Assembly: GCA_052426225.1 (NCBI GenBank)
Contig: JBNJNM010000009.1
Coordinates: forward strand, 1-64,000
DNA: 64,000 bases
Source: Zancudomyces culisetae HAW-14-8
Lineage: Eukaryota > Fungi > Kickxellomycota
Direction of reading: 5' to 3'
The position numbers were made by a program, and so were the translations under genes. Positions 14,201 to 24,942 of this stretch are shown in pieces. Under the pieces are notes generated by a model. That model was given only the letters and a program-made list of their open reading frames with translations. It ran no database searches and had not been told where the DNA came from. The first letter of the stretch is position 1. Each line of letters opens with the position of its first letter.

Positions 14201-15068
14201 CTGGCTCGGGGGTGGTGACTGGGGTATTTTTATGAAATGGCCGGGATCTGACGACTGGTTCTCTTGGCTCAATTTTTTTCAGGATTGCTTTGGGAAGTTC
14301 AGGCCTGAGTGGTGCTTTTGGCACAGGGGTTACTGGACGACGGGGCTCAGGAATTTGCTTGACAACATGGTTATCTACTGGATTCTCAATAGCTGCGGGT
14401 TTGGGCAAACTTTGGGTTTCAGGTTCTGGAGTGACTGATTGGACTGGTGCAGGAACAGGAACAGGAAGAATCTCTTCAATTCTGGCGTATGGATTTGACG
14501 GAGCTGGGCTGGGGAGATCAGGAGACGGAGGCGGTGAAAATCTTTGATTTTCAGTGTTTGAATCGTCCAACTTGACCGATTCGAGCAACTTGGCACTGTG
14601 TGGAAGCAGGGTAGTTGATAATCTATTCAACACCCTTTGGAGGATAGTTGAGTTTGTGGACGTATTCTGACTGGTATTTTGTTCTACTGGATCTGGATCT
14701 GGTTCATCAGGTGACTTGAACACGGCCTGGATGGAGTGGGTATCAACACAATTTGTACTGCAAAATTCAGAGTCAAAGTGGATCTGGAGGTCTGGCCAAG
14801 TTATACTAGGATTATGTTTGCGTAACCAGGGTAATCCAAAAATAATGTCAGCGTGATTGGTTGGAATCGGGATAAGGTCTAGGTGTTCAGAGTGGTTAGG
14901 ACCGGACTTGATATGGGCATTATCAACCTTGACATTTATGCCCCCTGGGTATATCTGGTGACCATCAACACTTTCTAGGACGATGGTTTTTTCAGCTTCT
15001 TTGGTTGGGAGGTTAAGTTTTTCTAATAAATCTTGACGAATAAAGTTGGCTGAAGCACCGGAGTCCAC
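11241..15068 (-). CDS. pol: Pol polyprotein of element B (PR, Pro-rich linker, RT, RNase H, integrase, chromodomain)
   Basis: 1275-aa ORF: DSGA, YLDD, TDASD, HHCC, DFITDL/SDRG/GQTE, YEVKAILD...YLVDWKGF. Confidence 0.97.
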   Translation of the reverse strand: MDSGASANFIRQDLLEKLNLPTKEAEKTIVLESVDGHQIYPGGINVKVDNAHIKSGPNHSEHLDLIPIPTNHADIIFGLPWLRKHNPSITWPDLQIHFDSEFCSTNCVDTHSIQAVFKSPDEPDPDPVEQNTSQNTSTNSTILQRVLNRLSTTLLPHSAKLLESVKLDDSNTENQRFSPPPSPDLPSPAPSNPYARIEEILPVPVPAPVQSVTPEPETQSLPKPAAIENPVDNHVVKQIPEPRRPVTPVPKAPLRPELPKAILKKIEPREPVVRSRPFHKNTPVTTPEPEYSLDPDPVTFAVSESPLEYLEEFPQLPVIYSEFKEVFNPKSAVSLPPHRRYDCPVNTKEGYTPYWGPIYPLSEVELESLRGYIRENLTNGFIRRSVSPAGAPIMFVKKKSGDLRLCVDYRRLNEATIKNRYPLPRIDEAFDRLRTAKVFTKLDLKGAYNLVRIKEGDEWKTAFRCRYGHFEYQVMPFGLTNAPATFQHFINDVLRDVLDLYAIAYLDDILIFSNDTDTHINHVKSVLKKLLENGLYCNAEKCHFHIREVEFLGHVVSSDGIATDPAKVKCVKEWLPPTNVKEVQKFLGFANYYRKFIPYFSLKALPITRLLKKDTPFVWSKEAGEAFNTLIQDLTTSPVLRYPDPGKQFILETDASDYAIGAALSQEDENGDLRPCAYYSYKLNTAESNYNIYDKELLAIIKALKEWRHHLEGSSIPFKILTDHKNLETFKNLKSLNRRHARWSLDLSRFSFIITYRPGSQGGKPDALSRLPNHTPDKVANNNIIGEDHFIDIISIVDSDFAQEIAKSSKAHLQGLLDAARYQSSHKSNEPVEVEDGIVMLGNRVVVPDKMKPQVVSSRHDSGPAGHFGAKKTLELVERDFWFPGMRKFIKEFVQTCDTCNRSKDRRHKVYGKLLPLPAPSGPWKSITMDFITDLPPSNKHTTIMVVVDRFTKMSHFIPLKKLPSSEETASAFFTHVFKLHGLPDVIISDRGTQFSSKFWSSLFKLLKVDTRMSTAFHPETDGQTERVNQTLEQYLRCFINYQQDNWFELLPIAEFAYNNTLHSSTNTSPFFALYGYHPRFDPQITKNVHVPSASDRIKQLKELQSALTSILNKKSQEYKKYADVNRSEHPKYKLGDKVWLSSQNIKTQRPSKKLDHRLLGPLTISKIINPVSVRLDLPPSMKIHNTFHVSLLEPYIEPSSNRRLIDSPPPPLIINGNKEYEVKAILDSKLVRGKKYYLVDWKGFDISERSWEPIENINAPQLLKKYYKTYHNKP

Positions 15069-15169
15069 TAATGCAACAAGTTCGTGTAGATTATTTAAAA
15101 CAACTTTAATATGAAATTTATTACTAGAAATATTAGAATTATTAGCTACGCTCAGGAGTAACTCCCGGA

Positions 15170-16138
15170 CTACATCTGAGCACTGTCTTTTGGCACCCCA
15201 GGTATAGGGGGTCTTGGCCTGCGGAGCGGACAGTTACGGAGAATGTGGTTCGGCTGACCACAGTATAGACAAAGATTATTGGCTAATCTTCTCTGACGTT
15301 CGGCTGTATCTAGCGGTGCTCTTGGACGGGAGGTGACGGCATCAACGTCCATTGGTTCAGGAGCCTGGTGATCTGGGACAGGCATGGCTGGACGGGGGAA
15401 GACCGGTGGAGCCGGAGTACTCCAGTTGCGGAATGGGACGCTTCTCTTGGGCAGGTAGGCACTGCGGGCATTGATTCTGTTCTCAAGCTCAATCACCTGA
15501 TCAATGAGCTGATCCAAGGTGTTTGGTAGCGGTTCAGTGGCAAGGCGCTGGACAAGGCTAGTATCCAATCCGATGTAAAACAGGTGAATTTTGGCTGGCT
15601 CGTTGAATCCACTGAGAGAGGCGAGGTTTCTGAACTCGGTTGCAAATTCCAGGACGGAACGCTGGGACTGGCGGCAACTATGAAGCTGGGTGATAGCTCG
15701 GGCTTGGTGGCCAGGATCTGAGAATCTCTTTTGAAATTCATTCTCAAACCCTTTGAAATCTGAGAGCAACGGTGATTGGGTATCGATAAGGTTATCGAAC
15801 CACAGGGCAGCATGACCGGCAAGGTGAGAACTGATGAACCATATCTTGTTATGGTCACTCTGGAACACGTCTGGTCTGGCCCAGAACTGGCGCTTGATCT
15901 CGGCGGTGAAGGCTCGGAACCTTCCTGATTCTCCTGAGTATTTCTGGATTTCTGGTATTCTGATACCATCAATCCTTGGCTGCGGATTTGGTGCAGGCAA
16001 ATTCTGCAACTGACTGGGGACTTGGGCGGGTGTCTGGGCTTGAGCCTGGGCTTGAGCTTGACTTTCTTGCAAAGCTTGTTGCATAGCTAATTTTGCGATC
16101 TCATCTAATTGGTGGACCATCATTAACTCTTCAACCAA
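15170..16138 (-). CDS. gag: Gag of element B
   Basis: Retrotransposon capsid-like region, EPMDVD, CLYCGQPNHILRNC; true start probably the ATG a few codons in. Confidence 0.95.
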   Translation of the reverse strand: MVEELMMVHQLDEIAKLAMQQALQESQAQAQAQAQTPAQVPSQLQNLPAPNPQPRIDGIRIPEIQKYSGESGRFRAFTAEIKRQFWARPDVFQSDHNKIWFISSHLAGHAALWFDNLIDTQSPLLSDFKGFENEFQKRFSDPGHQARAITQLHSCRQSQRSVLEFATEFRNLASLSGFNEPAKIHLFYIGLDTSLVQRLATEPLPNTLDQLIDQVIELENRINARSAYLPKRSVPFRNWSTPAPPVFPRPAMPVPDHQAPEPMDVDAVTSRPRAPLDTAERQRRLANNLCLYCGQPNHILRNCPLRRPRPPIPGVPKDSAQM

Positions 16139-19046
16139 TAATTAGAAGTTTCCCAAAATGTCAGGAAACTAATTTATTTAAGTTGGGAAACTTAATGTTC
16201 CCAAGTTAGGATTCAAAGGTAATTAAATATGATTAAAAATAAATATTAAAACTTATGGGTAAATAATGCGATTCTGACAGTTTTATTCATTCTTCATCAT
16301 CTCCAGCTGGCTCTCCTATACTTTTTGTATAAAGAAAGTTGGATATTTAAGATTATGCGTTGATATTAGAGGATTAAATAACTTGACAATTAAATCAGGT
16401 ATCTTTACCTTTAATCGGAGAGTTACTCGACAGATTCAGTCAAGCGAAAATATTTTCTATAATCGATTTAAGAGGCGCTAATAATTTAATATGAATAGCT
16501 AAGGGAGAAAAATGGAAAAGTGCATTTTGTACGAGTTACGGTCACTATATATATTGAGTATGCCATTCGGACTCTGCAATGCTCCAGCATCGTTTCAATG
16601 TTTCATGAATGATGTATTATCTGACTGCTTAGATAGTTTTGCAGTAGTATATTTATATGATATACTGGTATATAGTACAATTAGAATACCATATTAAGCA
16701 TGTAAAAGAGATATTAAGAAGACTCCGAAATAATTCACTATATGCTAAACTGGAAAAATGATGAATTCACAAAACAGATGTCGAATTTTTGGGATATATT
16801 GTTTCCGATAAAGGGGTAAGTATGGATATAACAAAGACAATAGCTGTAAGTGCATGGCCTGCACCAACCTCAATAATAGTAATTCAAACGTTCCTTGGTT
16901 TTGCAAATTTAAATAGAAAATTTATATTGAATTATTCAAAGATTGTGACACCTATAACAAAATTGTTACGAAATAATGAATAATGGAACTGGACACTGAA
17001 GCACAAAACACTTGCGATCAATTAAAAAAACATTTACAACTGCACCTATTTTAAAATATTTTGATCCGATTAAATCAATTACTATCGAAACTGATGCATC
17101 AGACTTCGCAATTGGAGGAGTTATATCACAACGCAACGATAATATCAATTTACATCATATAGATATTATTCCAGAAAGTTACAACCTGCTGAAATCAACT
17201 ATGAAATTTACGATAAAGAAATGTTAGCCATAATTGAGGCTTTTAAAGAATGGAGATCATAACTCGAAGGAGCATTACATCAAATTACGGTTTTAACTGA
17301 TCATAAAAAACTAGAATATTTTACTACCACTAAAACTTTGAATAGGCGTCAAGCACGATGGGCAGAATTATTTGGAAATTATAATTTCATTATTAAATAC
17401 GCAACTGGTTCATCTAACGGGAACCCCGATGCTTTGTCCCGACGCCTGGATCATTTTCCTCAGGAGCGGGATGACGCTCTACGTAATAAGTAAAGTTTGC
17501 TATAGCCAGAACAATTGATTATTGCAGCAGTAGAACTAATGGTTGCTAATAAATTTGATAAAACTATATTAATTAGTAGCTACAAAAAAGATATAAAAGT
17601 TAATTCCATTATTTCTAAATTGCAACATATTAACAATTTATCTAACTCTGAATATCCAAACTTAAAGGATTATAAATACGACAATGAAATACTTACTTTT
17701 AAAGGTAAAACATACATTCCAGATAACATTGAAATCAAACTACTACAACTCAACCAGTTTCACGATTCGCCTATTGCTGGACACTTCGGACATTCTAAAA
17801 CCTTTGAACTGATTTCCAGATACTATTATTGGCCAAAAATGAGTAAAATGATTAAAAATTATATTAACTCATGCGATCAATGTTGCAGATGTAAACAGAT
17901 AAGACACAAACAATATGGTCAACTACAACCTTTACAGATTCCAGAAAAACCGTGGGAATCAATTTCTATGGATTTTATTGTTGGGTTACCATTGTCACAA
18001 ACTTACGATTCAGTATTGGTTATTGTAGATAGACAAACAAAAATGGCGCATTTTATTCCAACAAATAACAATATCAACGCACAACAAACAGCAAAACTTT
18101 TTATCAATAACATATTTAAACTTCACGGACTGCCAAAAGATATAGTCTCTGATAGAGGTTCTATCTTCACTTATAAATTTTGGAATACTATTACCAAAGT
18201 ATTAAATATAAAATTAAATATGTCAACAGCATACCATCCACAAACATATGGTCAAACGGAACGAGTAAACCAAGTTTTAGAACAGTATATCAGGATTTAT
18301 CGTAACTACAACCAAACAAACTGGCATGGTTTATTAGCACTCGCAGAATTTGTAAATAATAACTCATAACACTCAACTACAAAATTTGCACCATTCTACG
18401 CTATACTGGATATCATCCTACAATATTTCGATCAAATATTTTGACTTCACCCAGTAACTCGCCCATAATCACAGATTTAACTCAGAAAATGTCACAAATT
18501 TCAAGGAACTTATAAAAATTATTAAAAATGCAAATGAAAGATACCTAAAGCTTATGATAAAAACAGACAATCAGAACCCGAGTTTAATATAGGATCAAAA
18601 GTGTGGTTAAATAGAAAATAATAAAAACTAACAGACCAAATAACATACTAGATTATACTAAATTAGGTCCATTCACAATAGTTATATAATTAAGCAAAGT
18701 AGCATACGAACTTCAACTTCCTACGACTATGAAAGTACATCCTGTCTTTCACGATTCCCTTCTAGAAATAGTAACTAACAACACTATTGAAGACCGAATT
18801 CATGAAACTCCATTACCGGTACTAGTTGATGGAATATCAGAATACAAAGTCAAACAAATATTAGACAGTCGTATTAAATATAATAAACTACAATATCTAG
18901 TGGACTGGAAAGGGTACGACGCAAGCGAAAAAACTTGGTAACCAGCCGAACATCTAACAAATACAAAAGAACTTGTGGAAAAGTACCATAATAAAAACCC
19001 GAATAAACCAATGTCGCTCAGAGATCGACACTAAGAGAGGGAATAC

Positions 19047-19377
19047 TGTCATAAACTAATATTAATCAGTTTTAATTTAAATCAACAAACAACATCAAAC
19101 ATGATTTGGATGAATCAGAAATATGTTTTTAAACATGTTTAATATCATAACTAGCACAAAACACAACACTACTTTAAATAGTTCATTAATTTAACAACTT
19201 TCTATTTATGCAATATTTTAGTCTTTATTAATAGTTATATATTTTACAATCAAAAAGTTTATATAGCATTCTATATTCCTTCAGAAAAACTTATCGACAA
19301 CAAGTGTCACAATTAATATATAGTTTATAGTAGTAATTAATAATTACCAAATTAACCAAAATAAAAAGTTCATGACA
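19047..19377 (+). repeat. Element A 3' LTR
   Basis: PPT before, TSD CTGAT after. Confidence 0.93.
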
Positions 19378-20395
19378 CTGATAAACAAAAAAAGTAAAAT
19401 ACTTTATACAAAATTCACTTTAGATATAAAATCATTGCTTCTAATACTTCACTTGCTGATACAATTACAAAATTTGAAGCTGACCTCCTCAATATCTTTT
19501 ATATTTATCCAAATTTTTAAGATTAATTTCAACGCAAGAAATCTAAAAAATCAGAAAATTGCTGAAGCTAAGAAGGCTATAAAGAAACAAGAACTAGCAC
19601 AAAACTCGATGACCGTAGATACACAAGCTAGTTTCAAAGGACATAAAAAGTATATTATGGCAACAAATTGCGTCGAAACCATCAACCAATATAACCAAAA
19701 TATCACTAATATACTACAGTAGAAAAATCACCAAAGGGTAGCTAATAAACTACAAATCCAACAAAAGACATTCAATTAACAATAAATAAAGAGTATTTAA
19801 CAACACAAATCTATACAAAAGTTCTCATGGCGCCAAAGAAGGAATCACAACATAATATTCAAAAAGAAAGTAAAACACAGTTTTTACTTCAAATATCATT
19901 ACCATCAACAATTACTAAGTAACTTTACCAAAAATACAACAAAGTCAACTAAAAATTATTCAGCTATATTTACTTTTGTTCACAACATGACTTCCAAATC
20001 TGATAGTAAACAGCTTATATTAAACAATTGAATTAAACACATACCTCAATTACTTAACAATGAAGTTGTTATGGTTTTAAATTATATGAAACCTTTGTCT
20101 CCACAGGACAATGTTTCATATAATTTATCAATTATAACCATAACATTTACCGACCTCCACATTATTAATTTAAATGTTTTAGTTATGTTTTAGTTATGTT
20201 TTAAATTAGTATAATTTTAAAATTATCGTCCCATCATGAAAAGTATATAAGCTATACGATTATCATGATGGAACGATAAGTTTTACAACGAGTTTAGTTT
20301 CGTTTAGTTTATTCACTTATAGTCTAGTTTACTAATAAATATATTTTATCCAAGTCCAGACCTTGACAGTTTGTAAAACTTCTCTTCAAGATACC

Positions 20396-21196
20396 ATGTC
20401 AAGTATATTCACCGAGTCAAGCATTAAACTTCCAGACGCTCCACGTTTTAGTGGGAAACCTTCAGAATTCCAAGCCTTCATGTCAAGCATTGAGCTTTAT
20501 TTTTGGGCACGTGGAGATCTATTCAAGACTGAAAAAAACAAAATAGTATTTATTGGCGCACACTTAACAGGACCCACAGCCATATGGTTTAACTCGCTCA
20601 TCGAGGAAAAATCAACAGACCTCGCAAACTATGCTCAGTTTTTGGAATTATTTAAGAAGAATTTTTCAGACCCCAGCCAAGAAATAAGAGCTAGAGGAGA
20701 ATTACGTAGATGTAAACAAGGGCCAAGAAGCGTGGCTAACTATGCTGCCGAATTCAGGACTTCAGCCAGAATCAGCGGATTTGACCAAGCTGCACTAATT
20801 GACCAGTTCTTAAGAGGACTAAATGACAATGTCATGAACTTTCTTATGATGAATGATATGCCTATAAAACTGGAGGACACTATAGCTCTAGCTGTAAAAG
20901 TTGATAACCGCCTTTCCAATCGACGAATGTTAAGAAGCGCTCCGGGTTATTATAATTCATCATTTCAGAGACCAACAACTAAAGCAGAACCTGTTCAAAG
21001 TACTATGCATGATGACCTTCCACCTGGTGAACCTATGGAAATAGACGCACTAGTTACCAAACAGCGACCACATCTCTCTCAAGAAGAAAAGGACAGACGC
21101 AGAGCTCTTGGGTTATGCATGTATTGTGGAAATCAAGGACATATAGCTATTCGCTGTCCAAACAAAACTCAGTCGGGAAAAGTCCACACTCAGTAA
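20396..21196 (+). CDS. gag: Gag of element C
   Basis: First ATG MSSIFTE; PRFSGKP, EPMEID, CMYCGNQGHIAIRC. Confidence 0.93.
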   Translation: MSSIFTESSIKLPDAPRFSGKPSEFQAFMSSIELYFWARGDLFKTEKNKIVFIGAHLTGPTAIWFNSLIEEKSTDLANYAQFLELFKKNFSDPSQEIRARGELRRCKQGPRSVANYAAEFRTSARISGFDQAALIDQFLRGLNDNVMNFLMMNDMPIKLEDTIALAVKVDNRLSNRRMLRSAPGYYNSSFQRPTTKAEPVQSTMHDDLPPGEPMEIDALVTKQRPHLSQEEKDRRRALGLCMYCGNQGHIAIRCPNKTQSGKVHTQ

Positions 21197-24100
21197 TACC
21201 TGGGAAGTTATTACTGGGTTCTCGTTACCTATTTAGCGTTAATAATCTTACAGACAGTTTAAGGAAATTCACTTTTCCAATAAAGTTATCTTATAACAAC
21301 ATTACGGTCCCAATAATGGCACTAATTGACTCCGGTGCCACAGGAAACTTTATTCAGGAGAAGTTAGCTAAAAGATTAAACCTTCCCAGAAAACCAATAT
21401 CACAACACATCGAGTTAGAAACCATCGACGGTAATAAAATAACTGGATCACCCATAACTGAAACTTGTATTGGGTTTACACTAACATTATCTAATAACCA
21501 CTGTGAAGAAATATCATTACTACCTATAAACTCAATTGATATAGCCATAGTCTTGGGATTACCTTGGTTACGTAAACATAATCCACAAATACACTGGATT
21601 AATCATTCATTATCTTTCAACTCCAATTACTGTGTACACAACTGTATTAGCAATCCAAAGAGAATAGATGCTGTATTCAGAGCCCCAATTCATGAACATT
21701 CTGATATCGAGGCAGATAGACCTAGTAGCCCAGATATTTCTTCAGATGAAGAATTCTATGATGCCCCGTCTGAGCCCATAAATAAAACCCAAACCGAAAG
21801 CAATCACCCAGTACCATTTTCCATCAATACGGATAACGTCAACACATCCAACTCCGCAGATCCTATACATATTCCACCACAATATCATGATTTACAATCG
21901 GTATTTGATCCAGTCGAAGCAGACAGATTACCACCAAACAGAAGTTATGATTGCCCAATAGAATTAACGTCAAACATATTACCGAAAATGGGACCCATAT
22001 ACCCATTGTCGGTTGTCGAGTCACAAGCACTGTACGATTACATCCAAGAAAATTTAAAAAAGGGTTTTATAGTTAAATCAAAGTCACAAATAGGAGCACC
22101 AATAATGTTTGTAGATAAAAAGGACGGTGGCCTACGCCCTTGTGTTGATTATCGAAAGATAAACGAAATAACAGCAAAAAATATATACCCTTTACCGAGA
22201 ATAGATGAATCGTTCGATCATCTAAGTAAGGCAAAATACTTCACCAAATTAGACTTAAGAGGAGCATATAACCTAGTACGAATCAGACCTGGTGATGAAT
22301 GGAAGACTGCTTTCAGATGCAGATACGGTTTATATGAATACAGGGTGATGCCATTCGGGCTCACTAATGCCCCAGCCACATTCCAGACGTTTATGAATGA
22401 TATACTCAGAGAAGCACTGGATATATATGCTATTGCATACCTTGACGACATACTTATATTTTCATCTAGTCTAGAGGAACACTACAGCCATGTAAGAACA
22501 ATACTAAAAATACTCAAGGAAAACAAACTGTATGCAAAACTAGAAAAATGTAAATTCCACCAAACATCGATCGATTTCTTAGGCCACGTAATAAGCCAAA
22601 AAGGTATAACATCTGATCCCCAAAAAGTAGCCAAGTTGATCGACTGGGAAATACCAAAAACAATTAAAGATATACAAGTATTCTTAGGTTTTGTAAACTA
22701 TTACAGAAAATTTATCCCAAATATGGCAAACATCGCGTTACCCTTAACAAATTTACTAAAAAAGGATATAGCATTTAAATGGAACAACGAAGAACAGAAT
22801 TCGTTTACTACACTCATTAGACATCTAGCTGGATTACCTTTACTCTCTTATCCTAACCATGACAAACAATATATCGTGGAGACTGACGCTTCGGATTACG
22901 CTATGGGAGCAATATTATCGCAGTATGATGAAGATAATGAATTAAGACCTGTTGCATACTACTCTAGAAAGTTCACCCCAGCGGAAATCAATTACGACAT
23001 CTACGATAAGGAAATGCTTGCCATTGTTACAGCAATGAAAGAATGGAGACATTACCTCGAAGGTACACAGCAAACTACAATTGTATATACGGATCACAAA
23101 AATCTAGAACACTTTAAGAATGCTCAAACCTTAAACCGACGGCACGCAAGATGGTCACTTACGCTATCACGATATAACTTCCTTATTACATACAGACCGG
23201 GAACTGAGGGTGGCAAACCTGACGCACTGTCTAGAAGATCTGAATACCAACAAGGTCCTCCACTACCTAAAAACATCTTTCGCAATACCAACTTCCTTTA
23301 CGCAATTATCCAGCCACATAACCCTATATTATCTAAAATCCTAAACGAGTCTAAGAAAGACAAATATGCAATTAAGTTACTGAAAAAAATAAATTTACCG
23401 ACCAAATCAAATAATGATAAACAACCGATATATCGAATTGACAATGGAATAATAAAGTACAAAGAAAGAATATATTTACCAGAAAGCACTAGGCTGGATG
23501 TTATCAAGATGCACCATGATTCAACAACTGCTGGACACTATGGAATTAAGAAAACTTTAGACCTGTTACGTCGCACATTTTGGTTCCCTGATATGAATAA
23601 CTATGTAAGGAAATATATAGAAACATGCGATATCTGTAAAAGAACAAAAATACCTCGACACAGAAAGTTTGGATTACTAACACCTTTACCAGTTCCATCA
23701 GGTCCGTGGAAATCAGTTACAATGGATTTTATTGTAGAGTTACCACCATCCAACGGGTATACAACTATACTAGTAATGGTAGACCGGTTTACAAAGATGG
23801 CTAAATTCGTGCCTATCAAGAAACTTCCCACTGCGCAACAAACTGCTGACATCTTCCTGAAACATATTTTCTCTAACTATGGATTACCAGAAGAAATAAT
23901 CACTGACCGAGGTAGCCAATTTACTTCAAAGTTTTGGCAAAGATTACTAAAACTACTGAAAATAAAATCTAAACTCTCTTCAGCATTCCATCCAGAAACT
24001 GACGGTCAGTCAGAAAGAACAAACCAAACTCTCGAACAATACCTTAGAGCTTTTATCTCTTATCAACAAGATAATTGGGACACGCTATTACCTATGGCAG

Positions 24101-24762
24101 AGTTTTCGTATAATAATTCTAAACACTCATCTACAAAGTCATCGCCGTTTTACAGTCTCATGGGATATCACCCGAACTTCACTACAATCAAATTATCAAC
24201 TACACAAGTACCCGAAGCAGATGAACACATAAATAACTTAAGAAAAATAAATACATTATTAAAAACTAATTTATATAATTCTAACAAAAAATCTAAGTTA
24301 TACGCGGATAGGAAAAGAACAAGTGGACCTGAAATCAAGCCAAACGATCTAGTGTGGTTAAATGCAAAGAATATAAAAACTGACAGACCATCAAAGAAGT
24401 TAGACCACCAATTTCTTGGACCATTCAAAGTATTAAAAAGGATAGGAAAAGTAGCTTATAAACTAGAATTACCAGAGTCGATGAAGATTCATCCTACATT
24501 TCATATTTCGCTATTGGAACCATACAAACCTAATGAAATTCCAGGACGAGTCAAGGAACCACCTCCAGCAATCACAGTCGAAGGACAAAATGAATACGAA
24601 GTAGCAAAAATACTCGATTCAAGAAAACGATACAACAAAATCGAGTACTTGGTTGATTGGAAAGGACATAGCGCAGCTGAACGATCTTGGGAACCTAGTG
24701 AGAATTTAAACTGTGACCGCCTACTTAATTTATACCACAAGAATCATCCTTACAAACCATAA
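21115..24762 (+). CDS. pol: Pol polyprotein of element C (in -1 frame relative to gag)
   Basis: 1215-aa ORF: LIDSGA, YLDD, ETDASD, integrase DDE, chromodomain YEVAKILD...VDWKG. Confidence 0.97.
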   Translation: MHVLWKSRTYSYSLSKQNSVGKSPHSVIPGKLLLGSRYLFSVNNLTDSLRKFTFPIKLSYNNITVPIMALIDSGATGNFIQEKLAKRLNLPRKPISQHIELETIDGNKITGSPITETCIGFTLTLSNNHCEEISLLPINSIDIAIVLGLPWLRKHNPQIHWINHSLSFNSNYCVHNCISNPKRIDAVFRAPIHEHSDIEADRPSSPDISSDEEFYDAPSEPINKTQTESNHPVPFSINTDNVNTSNSADPIHIPPQYHDLQSVFDPVEADRLPPNRSYDCPIELTSNILPKMGPIYPLSVVESQALYDYIQENLKKGFIVKSKSQIGAPIMFVDKKDGGLRPCVDYRKINEITAKNIYPLPRIDESFDHLSKAKYFTKLDLRGAYNLVRIRPGDEWKTAFRCRYGLYEYRVMPFGLTNAPATFQTFMNDILREALDIYAIAYLDDILIFSSSLEEHYSHVRTILKILKENKLYAKLEKCKFHQTSIDFLGHVISQKGITSDPQKVAKLIDWEIPKTIKDIQVFLGFVNYYRKFIPNMANIALPLTNLLKKDIAFKWNNEEQNSFTTLIRHLAGLPLLSYPNHDKQYIVETDASDYAMGAILSQYDEDNELRPVAYYSRKFTPAEINYDIYDKEMLAIVTAMKEWRHYLEGTQQTTIVYTDHKNLEHFKNAQTLNRRHARWSLTLSRYNFLITYRPGTEGGKPDALSRRSEYQQGPPLPKNIFRNTNFLYAIIQPHNPILSKILNESKKDKYAIKLLKKINLPTKSNNDKQPIYRIDNGIIKYKERIYLPESTRLDVIKMHHDSTTAGHYGIKKTLDLLRRTFWFPDMNNYVRKYIETCDICKRTKIPRHRKFGLLTPLPVPSGPWKSVTMDFIVELPPSNGYTTILVMVDRFTKMAKFVPIKKLPTAQQTADIFLKHIFSNYGLPEEIITDRGSQFTSKFWQRLLKLLKIKSKLSSAFHPETDGQSERTNQTLEQYLRAFISYQQDNWDTLLPMAEFSYNNSKHSSTKSSPFYSLMGYHPNFTTIKLSTTQVPEADEHINNLRKINTLLKTNLYNSNKKSKLYADRKRTSGPEIKPNDLVWLNAKNIKTDRPSKKLDHQFLGPFKVLKRIGKVAYKLELPESMKIHPTFHISLLEPYKPNEIPGRVKEPPPAITVEGQNEYEVAKILDSRKRYNKIEYLVDWKGHSAAERSWEPSENLNCDRLLNLYHKNHPYKP
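21175..21217 (+). promoter_or_regulatory. Candidate -1 ribosomal frameshift signal of element C
   Basis: G_GGA_AAA heptamer at 21175-21181, then a CAGTAATA/TATTACTG stem 9 nt downstream; frames fit a -1 shift. Confidence 0.65.
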
Positions 24763-24942
24763 AAAAAAAAAAAAAAAAAAAAATAAGATGGACCCCCGAG
24801 GAATCGAACCTCGGCCATCATTATGATTGGCAAAATTGAATCAATATCCTGCATCATTACCACCTAAAGGATTCAGCAATGACTCGAACTCGCATTCACC
24901 AGACCACAATCATGAGACATACCGACTATGCCATTGAGGCCC
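24761..24942 (-). ncRNA. Putative Pol III transcript with two tRNA-like modules, antisense to element C
   Basis: On minus: A-box TGGCATAGTCGG (24933-24922), B-boxes GAGTTCGAGTC (24891-24881) and GGTTCGATTCC (24810-24800), perfect T-arm CGAGG-TTCGATT-CCTCG, acceptor-like 3' GGGGTCCA, then a T23 run. Confidence 0.6.

Larger units (their letters stand above)
10674..16279 (-). mobile_element. Intact Ty3/gypsy chromovirus B nested in the RT of element A copy 2
   Basis: 121-bp LTRs at 10674-10794 and 16159-16279 (2 differences seen); TSD GTTTT at 10669-10673 and 16280-16284; PPT GAAGGGGGGATAA on minus; open gag and pol. Confidence 0.97.
9530..19034 (+). pseudogene. pol: pol of element A copy 2, fragmented and interrupted by element B
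   Basis: AMIDSGAT protease; RT, RH, IN and chromodomain fragments resume at 16280. Confidence 0.9.
2210..19377 (+). mobile_element. Tandem Ty3/gypsy chromovirus A (LTR-internal-LTR-internal-LTR); both copies are pseudogenes
   Basis: Three LTRs TGTCATAAACT...AGTTCATGACA. One TSD, CTGAT, at 2205-2209 and 19378-19382. Fragmented gag (CCHC knuckle), PR (DSGA), RT, RNase H, IN and chromodomain. Confidence 0.95.

Noticed and set aside
12133-14596. Many short antisense or alternate-frame ORFs inside pol genes (also 21354-24740, 42344-44958, 47607-50369)
   Set aside because: Shadows of long coding regions with no independent motifs
2210-19377. RIP-like hypermutation of element A
   Set aside because: Differences include many transversions and indels rather than a C-to-T pattern, and neighbouring repeats B, C and E are intact
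19372-19722. 116-aa ORF as a host gene
   Set aside because: Starts inside the LTR end and runs into the decayed PLE segment
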